From: an uncultured delta proteobacterium
GTDB taxonomy: Bacteria > Myxococcota_A > Polyangia > Polyangiales > Polyangiaceae
Reading direction: 5' to 3'
DNA length: 64,000 nt
Assembly: GCA_963850305.1 (NCBI GenBank)
Contig: CAWKKR010000011.1
Coordinates: 192,001-256,000, forward strand
Below the pieces are notes generated by a model. It was not told where the DNA came from. It ran no database searches and worked only from the letters and a program-made list of their open reading frames with translations. This document shows positions 32,359 to 43,046 of the stretch, in pieces. The translations under genes were made by a program, and so were the position numbers. Within the stretch, counting starts at the first letter, position 1. Each line of letters opens with the position of its first letter.

Positions 32359-32980
32359 CTTTCGCGCGGTCGCGGCGACCGCCATGCCCTTCTCGGCGAG
32401 TCCGCGAATCGAGCTCACGATCGAGGCGGCCTCTGCCGAAACGGTCCGGAGTCTGCTCCTGAAGTGCGTCGTCCGGATCGAAGCAGGGCGGCGGCTTCAC
32501 GACGAGCGTGAGCGCTCTCGTCTCGAGGAGGTCTTCGGGCGCGCGGACGTCTGGGCACGCTCGCCGAAGAGCCTGGTGTGGACGAACACGACGGCCGTCG
32601 TCGGGGGCTTCGACCGCGTGACCACGTTCCCGCTCGAGCTCCCGTGCAGCTTCGATTTCTCGGCTGCCGCCGCGCGGTACCTGCACGGACTCGAGTCGGG
32701 AGAAGTGCCTGTCGTCGTGTTCTTCAGCGGGACCGCGTTCGTCGAGGGTCCTTCGGGACTCACGGCGGTTCAAATTCCGCGGGATCGCGAGGCGGCCTTC
32801 GGAGTTCCGGTAGCGCTGTTCCGCAAGGCGATGGACGAGCACTTCGCGGGCGCGGCCCTCGTGTCCGTGCGCGGCGACGTCTTCGAGCGCCTGAACGATT
32901 ACCGGCGCACCCAGGGGCTGCGAAATGCCGATGACGCGATCGAGCGACTCCTCGTCATCGCCGCCCGAGGTGCGGCGTGA
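32351..32980 (+). CDS. Conserved group 1h hydrogenase-associated protein (DUF6084-like)
   Basis: RIEAGRR....E..RL..VFG...W, LPCSFDF..AAARYLHGL..GEVP...FSGT. Confidence 0.85.
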   Translation: MVDFRAVAATAMPFSASPRIELTIEAASAETVRSLLLKCVVRIEAGRRLHDERERSRLEEVFGRADVWARSPKSLVWTNTTAVVGGFDRVTTFPLELPCSFDFSAAAARYLHGLESGEVPVVVFFSGTAFVEGPSGLTAVQIPRDREAAFGVPVALFRKAMDEHFAGAALVSVRGDVFERLNDYRRTQGLRNADDAIERLLVIAARGAA

Positions 32981-34143
32981 GCTTCGGGGCGGCAGAAGCG
33001 ATCGCGCGGGCCCTGCTGTTCGAGGGGTACGTCCTCTATCCGTATCGCGCCTCGAGCCTGAAGAACCGGCAGCGTTGGTCGATGGGCACGCTGTACCCGA
33101 AGCAGTTCTGCACCACCGCGAACGAGAATGACCACAGCTCCATGCAGACGGAGTGCCTGGTCGCCGGAGTGAACCCTCGGGTGCGAGTGTCCGTTCGCTA
33201 CCTGCAGTCGCTGTCCCGGCAAGCGACCGACAGCGCCGCCTCGCACGAAGCCGTCGAACGGCGCGTCGAACCGGAGGAACTCTCGCTCGTCGAGCTGGCT
33301 TCGCAGCCGCGCGAACTCAGGGCGGAGGTTCCCGAGGACGTCGTGGGCGACACTGGCGCTCCGCTCCTCCAGAAGGCCCTGGCCATACGGGTGGTCGTCG
33401 CCAGCGAACGCCTGGACGAAGCGTTGTTCAAGCTCTCGGTCACGGTGGAAAACGAGACCGAAAGCACGGATATCCTGCAAGCTCGGACCGCGGCGCAGCT
33501 CGAGTCCCTGCTCTCCGCGCACACGCTGCTCGCGTGCCGGGACGGTGAGTTCATCTCCCTCCTGGAACCACCGGACGAGTTCGCGTCCCACGTCGAGGGT
33601 TGCCGGAACGTTCGCGTATGGCCGGTCCTCGTGGGCGCACAGAAGCGCGGCGACACGCTGCTCTCGTCGCCCATCATTCTGTACGATTGCCCGAGCATCG
33701 CCGCCGAGAGCCCCGGAGATCTCTTCGACGCGACGGAGATCGACGAGATCCTGTCACTCCGCATTCTGACCCTGACGCCCGACGAACGCCGCGAGGCCGT
33801 CGCCACGAACGCCCGGGCCCGTGAGCTCGTGGAACGGACGGAATCGCTCGGGGAGGATGAGCTTCTCGCCCTGCACGGCATCTGGCGACGCGGGTCCACG
33901 CCAGCGCCTCGCCCGTTCGAGACGGGCGATCACGTCGTGCTGCGCCCGGCTCGCGGAGGGGACGTGCTCGATCTCGCCCTGGCCGGCGAGGCCGCGACGA
34001 TCACGGGCATCGAGGAGGATCTCGAAGGCCGCACGCACTACCTGGTCACGGTCGACGCGGACCCGGGCAAAGATCTGGGCGAGCTGGGACAACACGGACA
34101 TCGATTCTTCTTCGCTGGAGAAGAGCTGGAGAGGGTCGGTTGA
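32977..34143 (+). CDS. Conserved group 1h hydrogenase-associated protein
   Basis: IARALLFEGYVLYPYRASSLKNRQRW, LSSPIILYD.P.IA.ESPGDLFDATEIDEILSLR, HRFFF. Confidence 0.85.
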   Translation: MSFGAAEAIARALLFEGYVLYPYRASSLKNRQRWSMGTLYPKQFCTTANENDHSSMQTECLVAGVNPRVRVSVRYLQSLSRQATDSAASHEAVERRVEPEELSLVELASQPRELRAEVPEDVVGDTGAPLLQKALAIRVVVASERLDEALFKLSVTVENETESTDILQARTAAQLESLLSAHTLLACRDGEFISLLEPPDEFASHVEGCRNVRVWPVLVGAQKRGDTLLSSPIILYDCPSIAAESPGDLFDATEIDEILSLRILTLTPDERREAVATNARARELVERTESLGEDELLALHGIWRRGSTPAPRPFETGDHVVLRPARGGDVLDLALAGEAATITGIEEDLEGRTHYLVTVDADPGKDLGELGQHGHRFFFAGEELERVG

Positions 34144-34667
34144 CGGGCCCGCGCATCCTGGTCGCCGGCATCGGCAATGTCTTCCTCGGGGACGATGGCT
34201 TCGGCGTGGCCGTCGCGGAGCGCCTCGCCCGTCGTTCGTTACCGGACGGCGTGGTCGTCATGGACGCCGGGATCCGCGGCCTCGATCTGACGTACGCGCT
34301 CATGAGCGGATACGACGTGGCCATCCTCGTGGACACCACACGCCGAGGGCAGCCCCCCGGAACGCTGTACGTCATCGAGCCCGACGCTTCCGGGGACGTC
34401 GAACCGACGCCGCTGGACGCACACGGAATGGACCCGGGCCACGTGCTCGCGTTTCTGCGCGCATCAGGAGCCGAGCTCCGGCGGCTCCGGGTCGTCGGCT
34501 GTGAGCCGGAGACGTTCGGCTCGGACGACGACCCTTGTCTCGGTCTGAGTGCGACCGTGACGGCGGCACTCGAACCCGCGATCGAGCTCGTCGAGTCAAT
34601 CGTCCGCGACGAGCTTTCCCAATGCGCGCGCGAAGCCACCGGAGCCGAGGAGCGCGCCGATGCATGA
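34140..34667 (+). CDS. Hydrogenase maturation endopeptidase (HupD/HyaD family)
   Basis: LVAGIGNVFLGDDGFG, AILVD, DAHGMDP, VVGCEP. Confidence 0.95.
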   Translation: MTGPRILVAGIGNVFLGDDGFGVAVAERLARRSLPDGVVVMDAGIRGLDLTYALMSGYDVAILVDTTRRGQPPGTLYVIEPDASGDVEPTPLDAHGMDPGHVLAFLRASGAELRRLRVVGCEPETFGSDDDPCLGLSATVTAALEPAIELVESIVRDELSQCAREATGAEERADA

Positions 34668-34989
34668 ACTCGGCGTGGCGCTGAACATCGTGGACATCGT
34701 CGTGGAACGTTCGCGCGGCGCTCGTGTGAGACGAGTCACCCTCGAGGTCGGCGCGCTCACCGCTGTGTTGCCGGACGCGCTCAGGTTCTGCTTCAATCTC
34801 GCGACCGAGGGAACCCCGCTCAGCGGCGCGACTCTCGAGATCCACGAACTGCCGGGCCGCGCGAGGTGCAGAGCGTGCACGACCGAGTTCGAGCTCGCAC
34901 GCCCGTTTGGTCACTGCACTTGCGGCGGGACGGATTTGGACTGGCTGTCGGGAGAAGAACTCTGCGTTTCCGAGATGGAGGTGGAATGA
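34660..34989 (+). CDS. hypA: Nickel metallochaperone HypA
   Basis: MHE N-terminus, CRAC and HCTCG zinc site, SGEEL. Confidence 0.96.
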   Translation: MHELGVALNIVDIVVERSRGARVRRVTLEVGALTAVLPDALRFCFNLATEGTPLSGATLEIHELPGRARCRACTTEFELARPFGHCTCGGTDLDWLSGEELCVSEMEVE

Positions 34990-35834
34990 TGTGCGGCATC
35001 TGCGGTTGCAATGAGGCCGACCTCGACGGTCGTCAGGACGGCGCGAGCGCGCACGCCCACGCGGCGACGCATGACCATCCACATCTTCACGAGCATCACG
35101 CGCCTCACTCCCACCCCCACACGCACGCCCCTGCGGACGAGACCCACGCCGCTCGCCGGGTTCGCCTGGAGGAAGATCTTCTCCGGAAGAACGCCCTGCT
35201 CGCCGAACGAAACCGCGGGTGGTTCTCCGGTCGCCGCGCGTTCGCCGTCAACTTCGTCAGCTCGCCGGGTTCCGGGAAGACCACGCTCCTCGAACAAACC
35301 GTCCGAAGGGCGGCGTTCGGCGCCAGCATTCGCGTGATCCAGGGCGACCAGGCCACCGATCGCGACGCGGAGCGAGTGCGGCGAGCGGGCGCACGCGCCG
35401 TCCAGATCAACACCGGTACCGGATGTCACCTCGACGCGGCGATGGTGTCCCGCGGGGCGCTCGAGCTCGATCCGGATCCGAATTCGCTCGTCGCGATCGA
35501 GAACGTCGGCAACCTCGTGTGCCCCGCGCTCTTCGATCTCGGGGAGCACGCGCGCATCGCCTTGATCTCGGTCACGGAGGGCGCCGACAAGCCACTCAAA
35601 TACCCTTACCTGTTTCGCGGAAGCCAGCTGATCGTAGTCAACAAAACGGACCTCCTGCCTTACGTCGACTTCGACATCGGCGAGTGCACGGCGGCCCTCC
35701 GTCAGGTGAACCCCGATGCGTCGCTGGTCACCATGTCAGCCAAGACGGGGGAAGGTCTCGACGGCTTCTTCGGCTGGATCATACGGCGGGCCGCGCTCGC
35801 GTCCATCGAGCTCGCGCGGGGAGCCGAGCCGTGA
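34986..35834 (+). CDS. hypB: Nickel-insertion GTPase HypB
   Basis: MCGICGC, His-rich linker, SSPGSGKTTL, GCHLDA, ENVGNLVCPA, NKTD. Confidence 0.97.
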   Translation: MMCGICGCNEADLDGRQDGASAHAHAATHDHPHLHEHHAPHSHPHTHAPADETHAARRVRLEEDLLRKNALLAERNRGWFSGRRAFAVNFVSSPGSGKTTLLEQTVRRAAFGASIRVIQGDQATDRDAERVRRAGARAVQINTGTGCHLDAAMVSRGALELDPDPNSLVAIENVGNLVCPALFDLGEHARIALISVTEGADKPLKYPYLFRGSQLIVVNKTDLLPYVDFDIGECTAALRQVNPDASLVTMSAKTGEGLDGFFGWIIRRAALASIELARGAEP

Positions 35835-37195
35835 CCGGTCCACAGAAGTCGCCCGTGCATCACGTCGAGACGGCCGACGACACCAATCTCGTGGACATTG
35901 CCGGCGCCGAGGCGTTTCTCACGAGCCTATCGTCCGCGCTGTTTCCCGCGGGGACGCCGGGCCAAGATCTTCTCACGTGGGCCGACGCGGTCGGACCGGC
36001 GACGGCCGGACCTTCGGGCGCGCGCATGGAGGATCGACTCAAGTCGGCCGAGAAGCGATTCACGACGCTGGTCGAGCAGATCCCGGCGGTCACGTTCATG
36101 GCCGTCCTGGGGGAAGGAGAGAACGAGGTCTACGTCAGCCCGCACATCGAACAGATGCTCGGCTACTCGCAGGAAGAGTGGTTGTCCGATCCGTTTCTCT
36201 GGTACACGCGCCTTCACCCGGACGATCGGCTGCTCTGGAACGAGGAGTTCACGCGCGGGTGCCACCACGGCGGCCCCTTCCGCGCGGAGTGTCGGTTCGT
36301 CGCTCGCGACGGCCGCATCGTGTGGGTCCACGGCGAGGCGCGCCTCGTCAAGGACGAGCGAGGACGGCCGCAGTTTCTCCAGGGCGTCGCCTTCGACATC
36401 ACCGAGAGCAAGCGGGCGCAGGAGATCATGCTGAAGGATGCCGTGAAGAGCGCCAAGATCGAGGAAGAGCTCGAGATCGCGCGGCGCGTCCAGACATTAC
36501 TCTTGCCGCAGAACCCCGTCCTCGACGGTCTCGAGATCGCCGCGGCGATGTTTCCCGCGGACGACGTCGGCGGAGACTACTACGACGTCCGCCCGACCCT
36601 CGATGGCGGCTGGATCACCATCGGCGACGTCTCGGGCCACGGGCTCGACGCCGGACTCATCATGCTCATGGTGCAGAGCGCGATCTCCGCCATCACCACG
36701 TCGCGCGGCAGCGTTTCCCCGAGTGAACTCGTCACCCTCGTGAACGAAGTCCTGTACGAGAACATCTCGCGTCGACTCGCGCGGAGCGACTACGTCACGT
36801 TCTCGGCGCTGCGCTACACGCGCCACGGCAAGGTCGTCTTTGCCGGCGCACATCAGGACATCCTCATTCGCCGCGCCGACACTAATCGCGTCGAACGCGT
36901 GCGCACCGCGGGACCCTGGGTCGGCATCCGCCGTCATATCCGCTCCATAGTGGACGACGCCTCCTTCAACCTCCATCACGGGGACGTTATGGTCCTCTTC
37001 ACCGACGGCGTCCTCGAAGCCGCGAATCGAGACGGCCAGCTCTTCGACGTCGACCGACTGTGTGCTGCGGTCGAAGAAGCCGGCGACATCAGACCCGCCG
37101 AACTCCGCGACCAGGTCGTCGACAAGGTCCAGCGCTGGACGCACCAGCAAGAAGACGACATCACGCTGATCGTCGCGAGGTACTCGAATCGGTGA
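35831..37195 (+). CDS. PAS-PAC sensor fused to SpoIIE/RsbU-type PP2C phosphatase
   Basis: PAS (YVSPHIEQMLGYSQEEW...LHPDD, DGRIVWVH, DITE), coiled coil ELEIARRVQ..LLP, VGGDYYD, IGDVSGHG, FTDGV.EA, EDDITL. GTGA overlap with the hypB stop. Confidence 0.95.
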   Translation: MTGPQKSPVHHVETADDTNLVDIAGAEAFLTSLSSALFPAGTPGQDLLTWADAVGPATAGPSGARMEDRLKSAEKRFTTLVEQIPAVTFMAVLGEGENEVYVSPHIEQMLGYSQEEWLSDPFLWYTRLHPDDRLLWNEEFTRGCHHGGPFRAECRFVARDGRIVWVHGEARLVKDERGRPQFLQGVAFDITESKRAQEIMLKDAVKSAKIEEELEIARRVQTLLLPQNPVLDGLEIAAAMFPADDVGGDYYDVRPTLDGGWITIGDVSGHGLDAGLIMLMVQSAISAITTSRGSVSPSELVTLVNEVLYENISRRLARSDYVTFSALRYTRHGKVVFAGAHQDILIRRADTNRVERVRTAGPWVGIRRHIRSIVDDASFNLHHGDVMVLFTDGVLEAANRDGQLFDVDRLCAAVEEAGDIRPAELRDQVVDKVQRWTHQQEDDITLIVARYSNR

Positions 37196-37637
37196 TCTTC
37201 GACGAGTGACGCGCTGATCTCGACCGGTGATGCACTGACCTCGACGGGGGTGGAATCCTCGAAACGCGGGGGCGGGCTCTTCGACAGCCGTCGCGCTGGG
37301 CTTCGGCGCCTTTGCCGTCCTTGAGCTCGACCCATGCAGAGACCGGAGAAACGATGGTGCATCGGGGCACCCGGCCGCACTGCGGTGCTGGTGCGCCTTC
37401 GTGACGGCGCTCCGGACGGACCCGCGCGTCTTCCACTGGCCTCTTCGGCGAGGGATCCGGCGCGATCCGCAGCAGGAAGTCCGCGATGGCAGCGCTGCGG
37501 GCCGTGATGCCGCGCGCCCTTGCCGCCTCCTGATATTCCTGACGGCTCTGTGCGCTCTTCGCGTATTCCTCACCTTCCGTAACTGGGCGACTTGCAGCAA
37601 TGGTTCGCCGACCCGCATACTCCCCGATCGGTTCTAC

Positions 37638-38406
37638 ATGCAGTCTCGGGCGGCGTCGAAAGCGCGTGGGGTGAGGCTCGCCCTCCCGTGGTGCTTCTTG
37701 TTTGGGGGCACGCTCATCGGCCGGGTTGCCCGGGCAACAGAGGATGAGCCGGCACAGACGGAGTGGTACGGCGCGCCCATCCTCCTCGGCGGTGGCGTGG
37801 CGGGCGCGGCGTTAGTTTAGGAGTTCCGCACCAACGAGCAGCGTCGTCCCCGAGGGATCAAAGAGGTGCGGAACTACGCGAGCGGAGCGAGCCCGCCGAA
37901 GGCGGCGGGGGAGCGGTCGCGAAGCGAGCCGCGGGGGCAAGGCCCCCGTTCCTAAGGCCGAGGCCATTCTTGCACTCGAAGGACACTCGGTTCCGGCCTA
38001 TGCCGTCCTGCCGACGCTGGCGCTCTATCTGGGAACCGGTCTGGTCGTTCACGGAATGCATCACGAACCCGGACGCGCCGTGGCGAGCGTCGGTATCGAT
38101 CTGATAACACCAGTGATCGGTGTTTCGATTGCATCGATGGCAATTCTGTTTGCGAGCGACTGTGACAACGGCTTGCCTCACGCAGACGAGTCGCAGCCCA
38201 GATGCTCGGTCGTGGTACCCCTGACCATCCTGGAGCTCGGCTTCATCGCTGGCCCTGTCTTCGACGGCGCGCTCGTCGCGCAGCGCCGCGTGAGACCCGC
38301 GGAACCCAGGGCGACCGACAGCGGTTTGCGGTGGACGCCGTGGTTCCTTCCCACCTACGAGCAGCGTCGCCAGGGCGCCGTCCTGGGCATATCGGGGGCG
38401 TTCTGA
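37638..38406 (+). pseudogene. Myxobacterial secreted/membrane protein gene interrupted by a REP/MITE-like element
   Basis: 5' half ends ...EWYGAPILLGGGVAGAALV at an element-derived TAG (37818-20). The 3' half resumes AEAILALEG...LYLGTGLVVHGMHHEPGRAVASVG...LGISGAF*. Deleting 37817-37955 restores one frame. Confidence 0.75.
37817..37955 (+). mobile_element. 139-bp REP/MITE-like element, copy 2 (ends TTAGGA...TCCTAA)
   Basis: Short terminal inverted repeat, 70-bp identity to copy 1, located inside a coding sequence. Confidence 0.82.
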
Positions 38407-38464
38407 GCGTGACCACGACAGCACCCGTTCGACCTCGAGCTCGACGGCGTTTCACTTCGATGTC

Positions 38465-39046
38465 TCACACGGCAAGGACGGACTCGAGCTTCGCCTTCAG
38501 ATCCTGGTCTCGGTGAAACCCGCGTTCGGTGATCCGCGCGAGGTGCGCTCGCACGACGTCGAGATCCAGGTCGGGAACGAACTGGATCAACCGCTGCGCG
38601 TCCAATCGATCCTGCAAGCGTGTTTCGCTCATGCTGAGGATCTTCATGGCAAGGAGCTCCTCGGCACTCGCAACGGGGACCCTCCCCGCACCCTGCATGT
38701 CGACGATGGACGCCGCGGCGATGATCTCGCTCTCGATGCCCGAACTCGCAAACAGGAGGTCGATCTTCACACCGTGCGGCGAGAGCAACCGAATCGTCGC
38801 GAGACGGTGCCGCGTCTCGTGCTCGACGCTTGCGACCGGCGCGTATCCTGCGGCGCGAAGCTCGTACACCAAGGCTTCAGCGTCCGCGTCGTCGATCACG
38901 CCGACGGCGAGATCGATATCCCGAGTGAAGCGGATCTCGGCGCGGACCGAGACCGCCAGACCGCCGACCAGTGCAAACGCTCTCCGCCTGTCCGTCAACT
39001 CCTTGCAGATCGCGCGAACCGCGAACTCTGGCACTGGCTCAGTCAT
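38465..39046 (-). CDS. Nucleotidyltransferase-fold protein (AbiEii-like), putative toxin
   Basis: FALVGGLAV...RFTRDIDL (GG...DxD), IDLL, ELLAMK...R.QDRLD. Confidence 0.8.
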   Translation of the reverse strand: MTEPVPEFAVRAICKELTDRRRAFALVGGLAVSVRAEIRFTRDIDLAVGVIDDADAEALVYELRAAGYAPVASVEHETRHRLATIRLLSPHGVKIDLLFASSGIESEIIAAASIVDMQGAGRVPVASAEELLAMKILSMSETRLQDRLDAQRLIQFVPDLDLDVVRAHLARITERGFHRDQDLKAKLESVLAV

Positions 39047-39230
39047 CGTGCGTGAGCCAGGCCATCAAGAGCCGATCGATGACCGACTCGCTCGCGTCGG
39101 GGAATTGTCGGCGCAAGTTCCCGCGCTTCAGGCGGATCCCGGTCGACATCATTTCGAGCGCTTGCGCGAGCTTCTCCCCGGGGCTGAGCCGTCGGGCGAG
39201 CTCGCGATCGTTGGCTTCCAGCGCGTCCAC
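39039..39230 (-). CDS. Small helical protein, putative antitoxin partner
   Basis: 63 aa, RLSPGEKL...LRRQFPDASE. Overlaps the NTase start. Confidence 0.6.
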   Translation of the reverse strand: MDALEANDRELARRLSPGEKLAQALEMMSTGIRLKRGNLRRQFPDASESVIDRLLMAWLTHDD

Positions 39231-39255
39231 GCGGTCATCGTACCATAGCGCCGCC

Positions 39256-40242
39256 CTACCGAGCCGGCACGGTCGGCAAGTAGTCGTCGATCGGAGGCGC
39301 GTGCTCCACGATGCCGAGGTCGACGAGCTCCGTCGCGAGCGTCTCCCAGCGTTCGCGAGTCATCGAGCCGAGGCCGCGCGCGCCGTCGGGGCCCTCGATG
39401 AGGGGCTTTTCCGCGGCGGCCGCGGCGGCGAAGGTCTGGGCGTCCATCGTGGGGTTGAGCTTCTGCATGACGGCGTTCGTGCTGGCGGGGTTCGTGAGGT
39501 AGGTCGCCCATCCCTCTCGCGCGGAGTCGACGAAGGCTCTCACCGTGCCGGCGTGGCCGGTGAAGAAGGAGCGTTTCGACGATGACGACGCCGAGGTACG
39601 GGTCGAAGCCCTCGTCCGCGATGAGGAAGACCTGCGGGTCGCTGCCCTTCTTCCTCGCGGCGAGCGGCTCGCTGGTGACGAAGCACTGCTGGGCGAAGTC
39701 CTTGTCGGCCAGGAAGCGCGCGACGCCGCCGTCGTAGGGGACGACCTTCAGCTTTCGAAGCCGTACTTCTTCTTGAGGACGACGGCGTACGGGAGGCCGG
39801 GCTCGATCGCGAGCGTGCCGACCGTGAGCGCCTCGCCGAGCGTCCGGCGCCGCGGGAGGCGTGGGCCATGATGCCCTGCGGCGAGGTCTGGAACGTCGCG
39901 AAGACGGGCACGACGTCGGCGCCGCGCGCGCGCGCGATGAGGACTTCGTCGGCGCCGGCGACGCCGAAGTCGACCTTGCCGGACGCGACCATCTGCACGA
40001 CGGGCACGCCCGCGCCGCCGCCCTGGATCTCGACGTCGAGCCCCTGCTTCCGGAACGCGCCGGCCTCGCGCGCGGCGTAGAAGCCGCCGAACTCGGGCTC
40101 GGGCACCCAGTCGAGCGCGAGGACGCATCCCGCTCCCTGGGCTGCCGGGTTTCGGGGGCTCCTCTTCGAGCAGCCGGGGAGCGTGAGGGCGAGCGAGGCA
40201 GACGGCGAGGAGAATCGCGGAGACGAGCTTCGTTGGTTTCAT
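39256..40242 (-). CDS. ABC substrate-binding lipoprotein, NMT1/THI5/SsuA-like (multiple frameshifts)
   Basis: Fragments across frames: MKPTKLVSAILL, LDWVPEPEFGGFYAA, QMVASGKVDFGV, AQQCFVTSEP, GFDPY, GLGSMTRERWETL. Confidence 0.8.
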
Positions 40243-41018
40243 CGCGCGTCGCTTGCGGAGGGGTGCCAGCGCCGGAGCAGGAGGTGCCCCGCGAGGTTGA
40301 CGGCGCCGAAGAGCAAGAGGCCGAGGAGGGACGCAGAAGAGCACGGCCGCGAAGAGCAGGTCCGTGTCGAGCTGGCGGTACGCCGCGAGGACGGTGATGC
40401 CCGAGGCCCGCGGCGAGCCCGAGAAGCCGGCGACGAACTCCCCGACGATGGTGCCGATGACCGCGAGGCCCGAGGCGACGCGCAGGCCGGTAGATGCATC
40501 TGGGAGCGACGCCGGTAGCTCGAGCTTCAGCAGCATGGCGAGACGCGGCGCGCGCCGTAGAGGCGGAAGAGGTCTCGCAGCGCGGGATCGACGGAGCGGA
40601 GGCCGGCGAGCGTGCTCGCGATGACCGGGAAGACGGAGACGATGAGCGCCGAGACGGCCACCGCGCGCAGGCCCGGGCCGAACCAGAGCACGAGGAGCGG
40701 CGCGATGGCGACGATGGGCACGGTCTGGAGGAAGACGGTGTACGGGTAGAGCGCGCGCTCGAGCGTCCGCGAGGAGGCGAGCAGCGACGCCGACGAGCAC
40801 GCCGAGCACGGCGCTGAGCACGAAGCCGGAGAGCGCGGCGCTGCCGGTGACCCAGGCCGCGCGCGACGAGCGCGCCGGCGTCGACGCGCGGCCGGCGACG
40901 GCGCTCGGGGGCGGCAGGAGGTAGGCGCGGCATGGCGAAGGCCCGGACGAGGGACTCCCAGACCGGCGAGCAGGAGCGGCGAGGGCGATCGAGCGGCGGA
41001 ACGACGGGAGCGGGCCAC
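40239..41018 (-). CDS. ABC permease, SsuC/TauC-like (multiple frameshifts)
   Basis: LYPYTVFLQTVPIVAIAPLLVLWFG, LKLELPASLP..TGLRVASGLAVIGTIVGEF. Confidence 0.82.
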
Positions 41019-41019
41019 G

Positions 41020-41814
41020 TCAGGCGCCTCCCCGCTCGAGGCGCCTCGGAGAGGACGCGCGTCTCGCGGGCGAAGGCCGGCTCGGTGCGCAGCGCGTCGT
41101 GCGCTCGCGCGGCAGGTCGATGCGGCGCTCGGCGACGACCCGCGCCGGGCGCGCGGAGAAGACGACCGCGCGCTCGGCGAGGTACGCCGCCTCGTCGATG
41201 GAGTGGGTGACGAAGAGCACGGTCAAACCGAGTCGCGAGCCAGAGCTCGCGGAGCTGGTCGTCGAGGCGCTGCGCGGGTGAGCTCGTCGAGCGCGGCGAA
41301 GGGCTCGTCGAGCAGGAGCAGGCGCGGGCGCGTGACGAGGGCCCGCGCGAGCGAGACGCGCATCCGCATGCCGCCGGAGAGCTCGCCGGGGCATCCGGGG
41401 TGCGCGTCGGCGAGGCCCACCTCGGCGAGCAGCGGCGCGCGCGTCGCGCCGCGCTCACCGGTCGCCACGCCCGCGAGCTCGAGCGGGAGCGCGACGTTGG
41501 CGAGCACGGTGCGCCACGGGAGCAGGTGCGCGTCCTGGAAGACGAACGCCACGCGTCCGCCCGCGGGCCGCCTTCGAGCGTCATCGTGCCGGCGTCGGCG
41601 CGAGTCGAGGCCCGGCGACGAGCCGGAGGAGCGTCGACTTGCCGCAACCCGACGGCCCGAGCAGCGCGACGAACGCACCCGCCGCAACTTCGAGATCGAG
41701 TCCATCGAGCACGATGCCACCGGCGAACGCCTTGACGAGACCCGACGCGCGGACGTGTACGCCTCTCCGACTCGCAGAGACTCTCGACGGATCGACATGG
41801 CTTGCGGCGCTCAT
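41020..41814 (-). CDS. ABC ATP-binding protein, SsuB/TauB-like (multiple frameshifts)
   Basis: [49 protein letters not shown] spread over three frames. Confidence 0.88.
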
Positions 41815-43046
41815 GTGATCCCTCGGCTGCCGGTCGGCTCCAAACCGAGCGCGAGCGCAGCGGACACGAGGGTGATGCCCGCGAGGCATCGGAAGCCGAG
41901 CGCGTAACCCCCGACGTCGAGCAAGCGCCCGAGCACTTCTCCGGAGAGGATGCCGGCGACGTAGCCCACGGCGTCGATCAGCGCTGCCGCCGTCGCGGCC
42001 GCGCTCACCCCGCCGGCCTCGACGGCGAGCACGCCGGCCAGCAAGCTGTACGGCCCGTACACCAAAAGCCCGACCGCGGCGATGAGCGGGACGCAGCGGC
42101 CCGGCGCCGTGCGGCCGACTTCGGGGAGAAGGGCGATGACGACCGCGAGGAGCGCGAGAACGACGGCGATGGAGAAGCGCCGCGCGCCCGGCGGGGTGCG
42201 GTCGTAGGCGACGCCGGTCACGAGGATGCTCACGGCGCCAGCGAGATCGAAGCCCGTCGATTGGAGCGCCGCCCTCGAGAGCGAGTGCGCTCCCATGGTC
42301 TCTATCGAAGCCAGAAAGTCCACGCTCCAGGTATTGAATGATTCCCGGACGAGAGTGAGCGAGAAGCTCAGCGCGCAGATCACAAGGAACGAGGGACGCG
42401 AGAGCAGCGAGCGGACGGAAGGCGTGCGGACACCGGCTGCTTCGACGTCGCGCGCGGTCCGAGGCCCCGCTCGCACCGACAGCGCCACGCCGATGGCGAT
42501 CGGGACGACGACGAGTGACGGCACGAACAGGATCGCCCGGAATCCACCGCCCTGATCGAGCACCGCGCGAGCGAGGAGCGTGGCGAAGACTCCCCCGAGC
42601 ACGTAACTCAGACTGAGAAAGGCGACGACCGAGCCCTGACTCTTGCCGTACCAGGTCGGGACGAGCTTCATCATCGACGGCCAGCCGCCCGCGCCGGCGT
42701 AGCGGTTCGCCGCGTAGGCGAACGTTAGCAAGAACAGAGTTGGGGATAGCGCGCCGAGTACGCCGAACCCCGCGACCACGAGAAGCGCCGCGACGAACCC
42801 CGCCCGCCCGCCGACCCGATCGACGACCGGTCCGAGCGTGAACTTGCCGAGCGCGTACGCGGCGGTCCCGACGCTCGCAACGCGGCCCACCTGGGCCCTG
42901 CTCGCGCCGAACGTCTGCTCGAGGAGCGGTACGGCGACGGAGAGGTTCTTCCGGCAAAGATAGATGCCGACGTAGCCGACCGCGAGCGCCGCGATCGTGG
43001 TCCTCGCGTCCCGCGGCGTCTCCTCGACGATCGAGTCCGCTCTCAT
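41811..43046 (-). CDS. MFS transporter, GlpT/UhpT (OPA)-like
   Basis: [30 protein letters not shown]....V..WY, YGPYSLL; about 12 TMs. Confidence 0.85.
   Translation of the reverse strand: MRADSIVEETPRDARTTIAALAVGYVGIYLCRKNLSVAVPLLEQTFGASRAQVGRVASVGTAAYALGKFTLGPVVDRVGGRAGFVAALLVVAGFGVLGALSPTLFLLTFAYAANRYAGAGGWPSMMKLVPTWYGKSQGSVVAFLSLSYVLGGVFATLLARAVLDQGGGFRAILFVPSLVVVPIAIGVALSVRAGPRTARDVEAAGVRTPSVRSLLSRPSFLVICALSFSLTLVRESFNTWSVDFLASIETMGAHSLSRAALQSTGFDLAGAVSILVTGVAYDRTPPGARRFSIAVVLALLAVVIALLPEVGRTAPGRCVPLIAAVGLLVYGPYSLLAGVLAVEAGGVSAAATAAALIDAVGYVAGILSGEVLGRLLDVGGYALGFRCLAGITLVSAALALGLEPTGSRGIT

Noticed and set aside
37196..37630. Possible small gene or remnant, with an imperfect ~19-bp direct repeat at ~37206/37227
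   Set aside because: No recognisable protein motif or convincing start. The repeat is too short to interpret.
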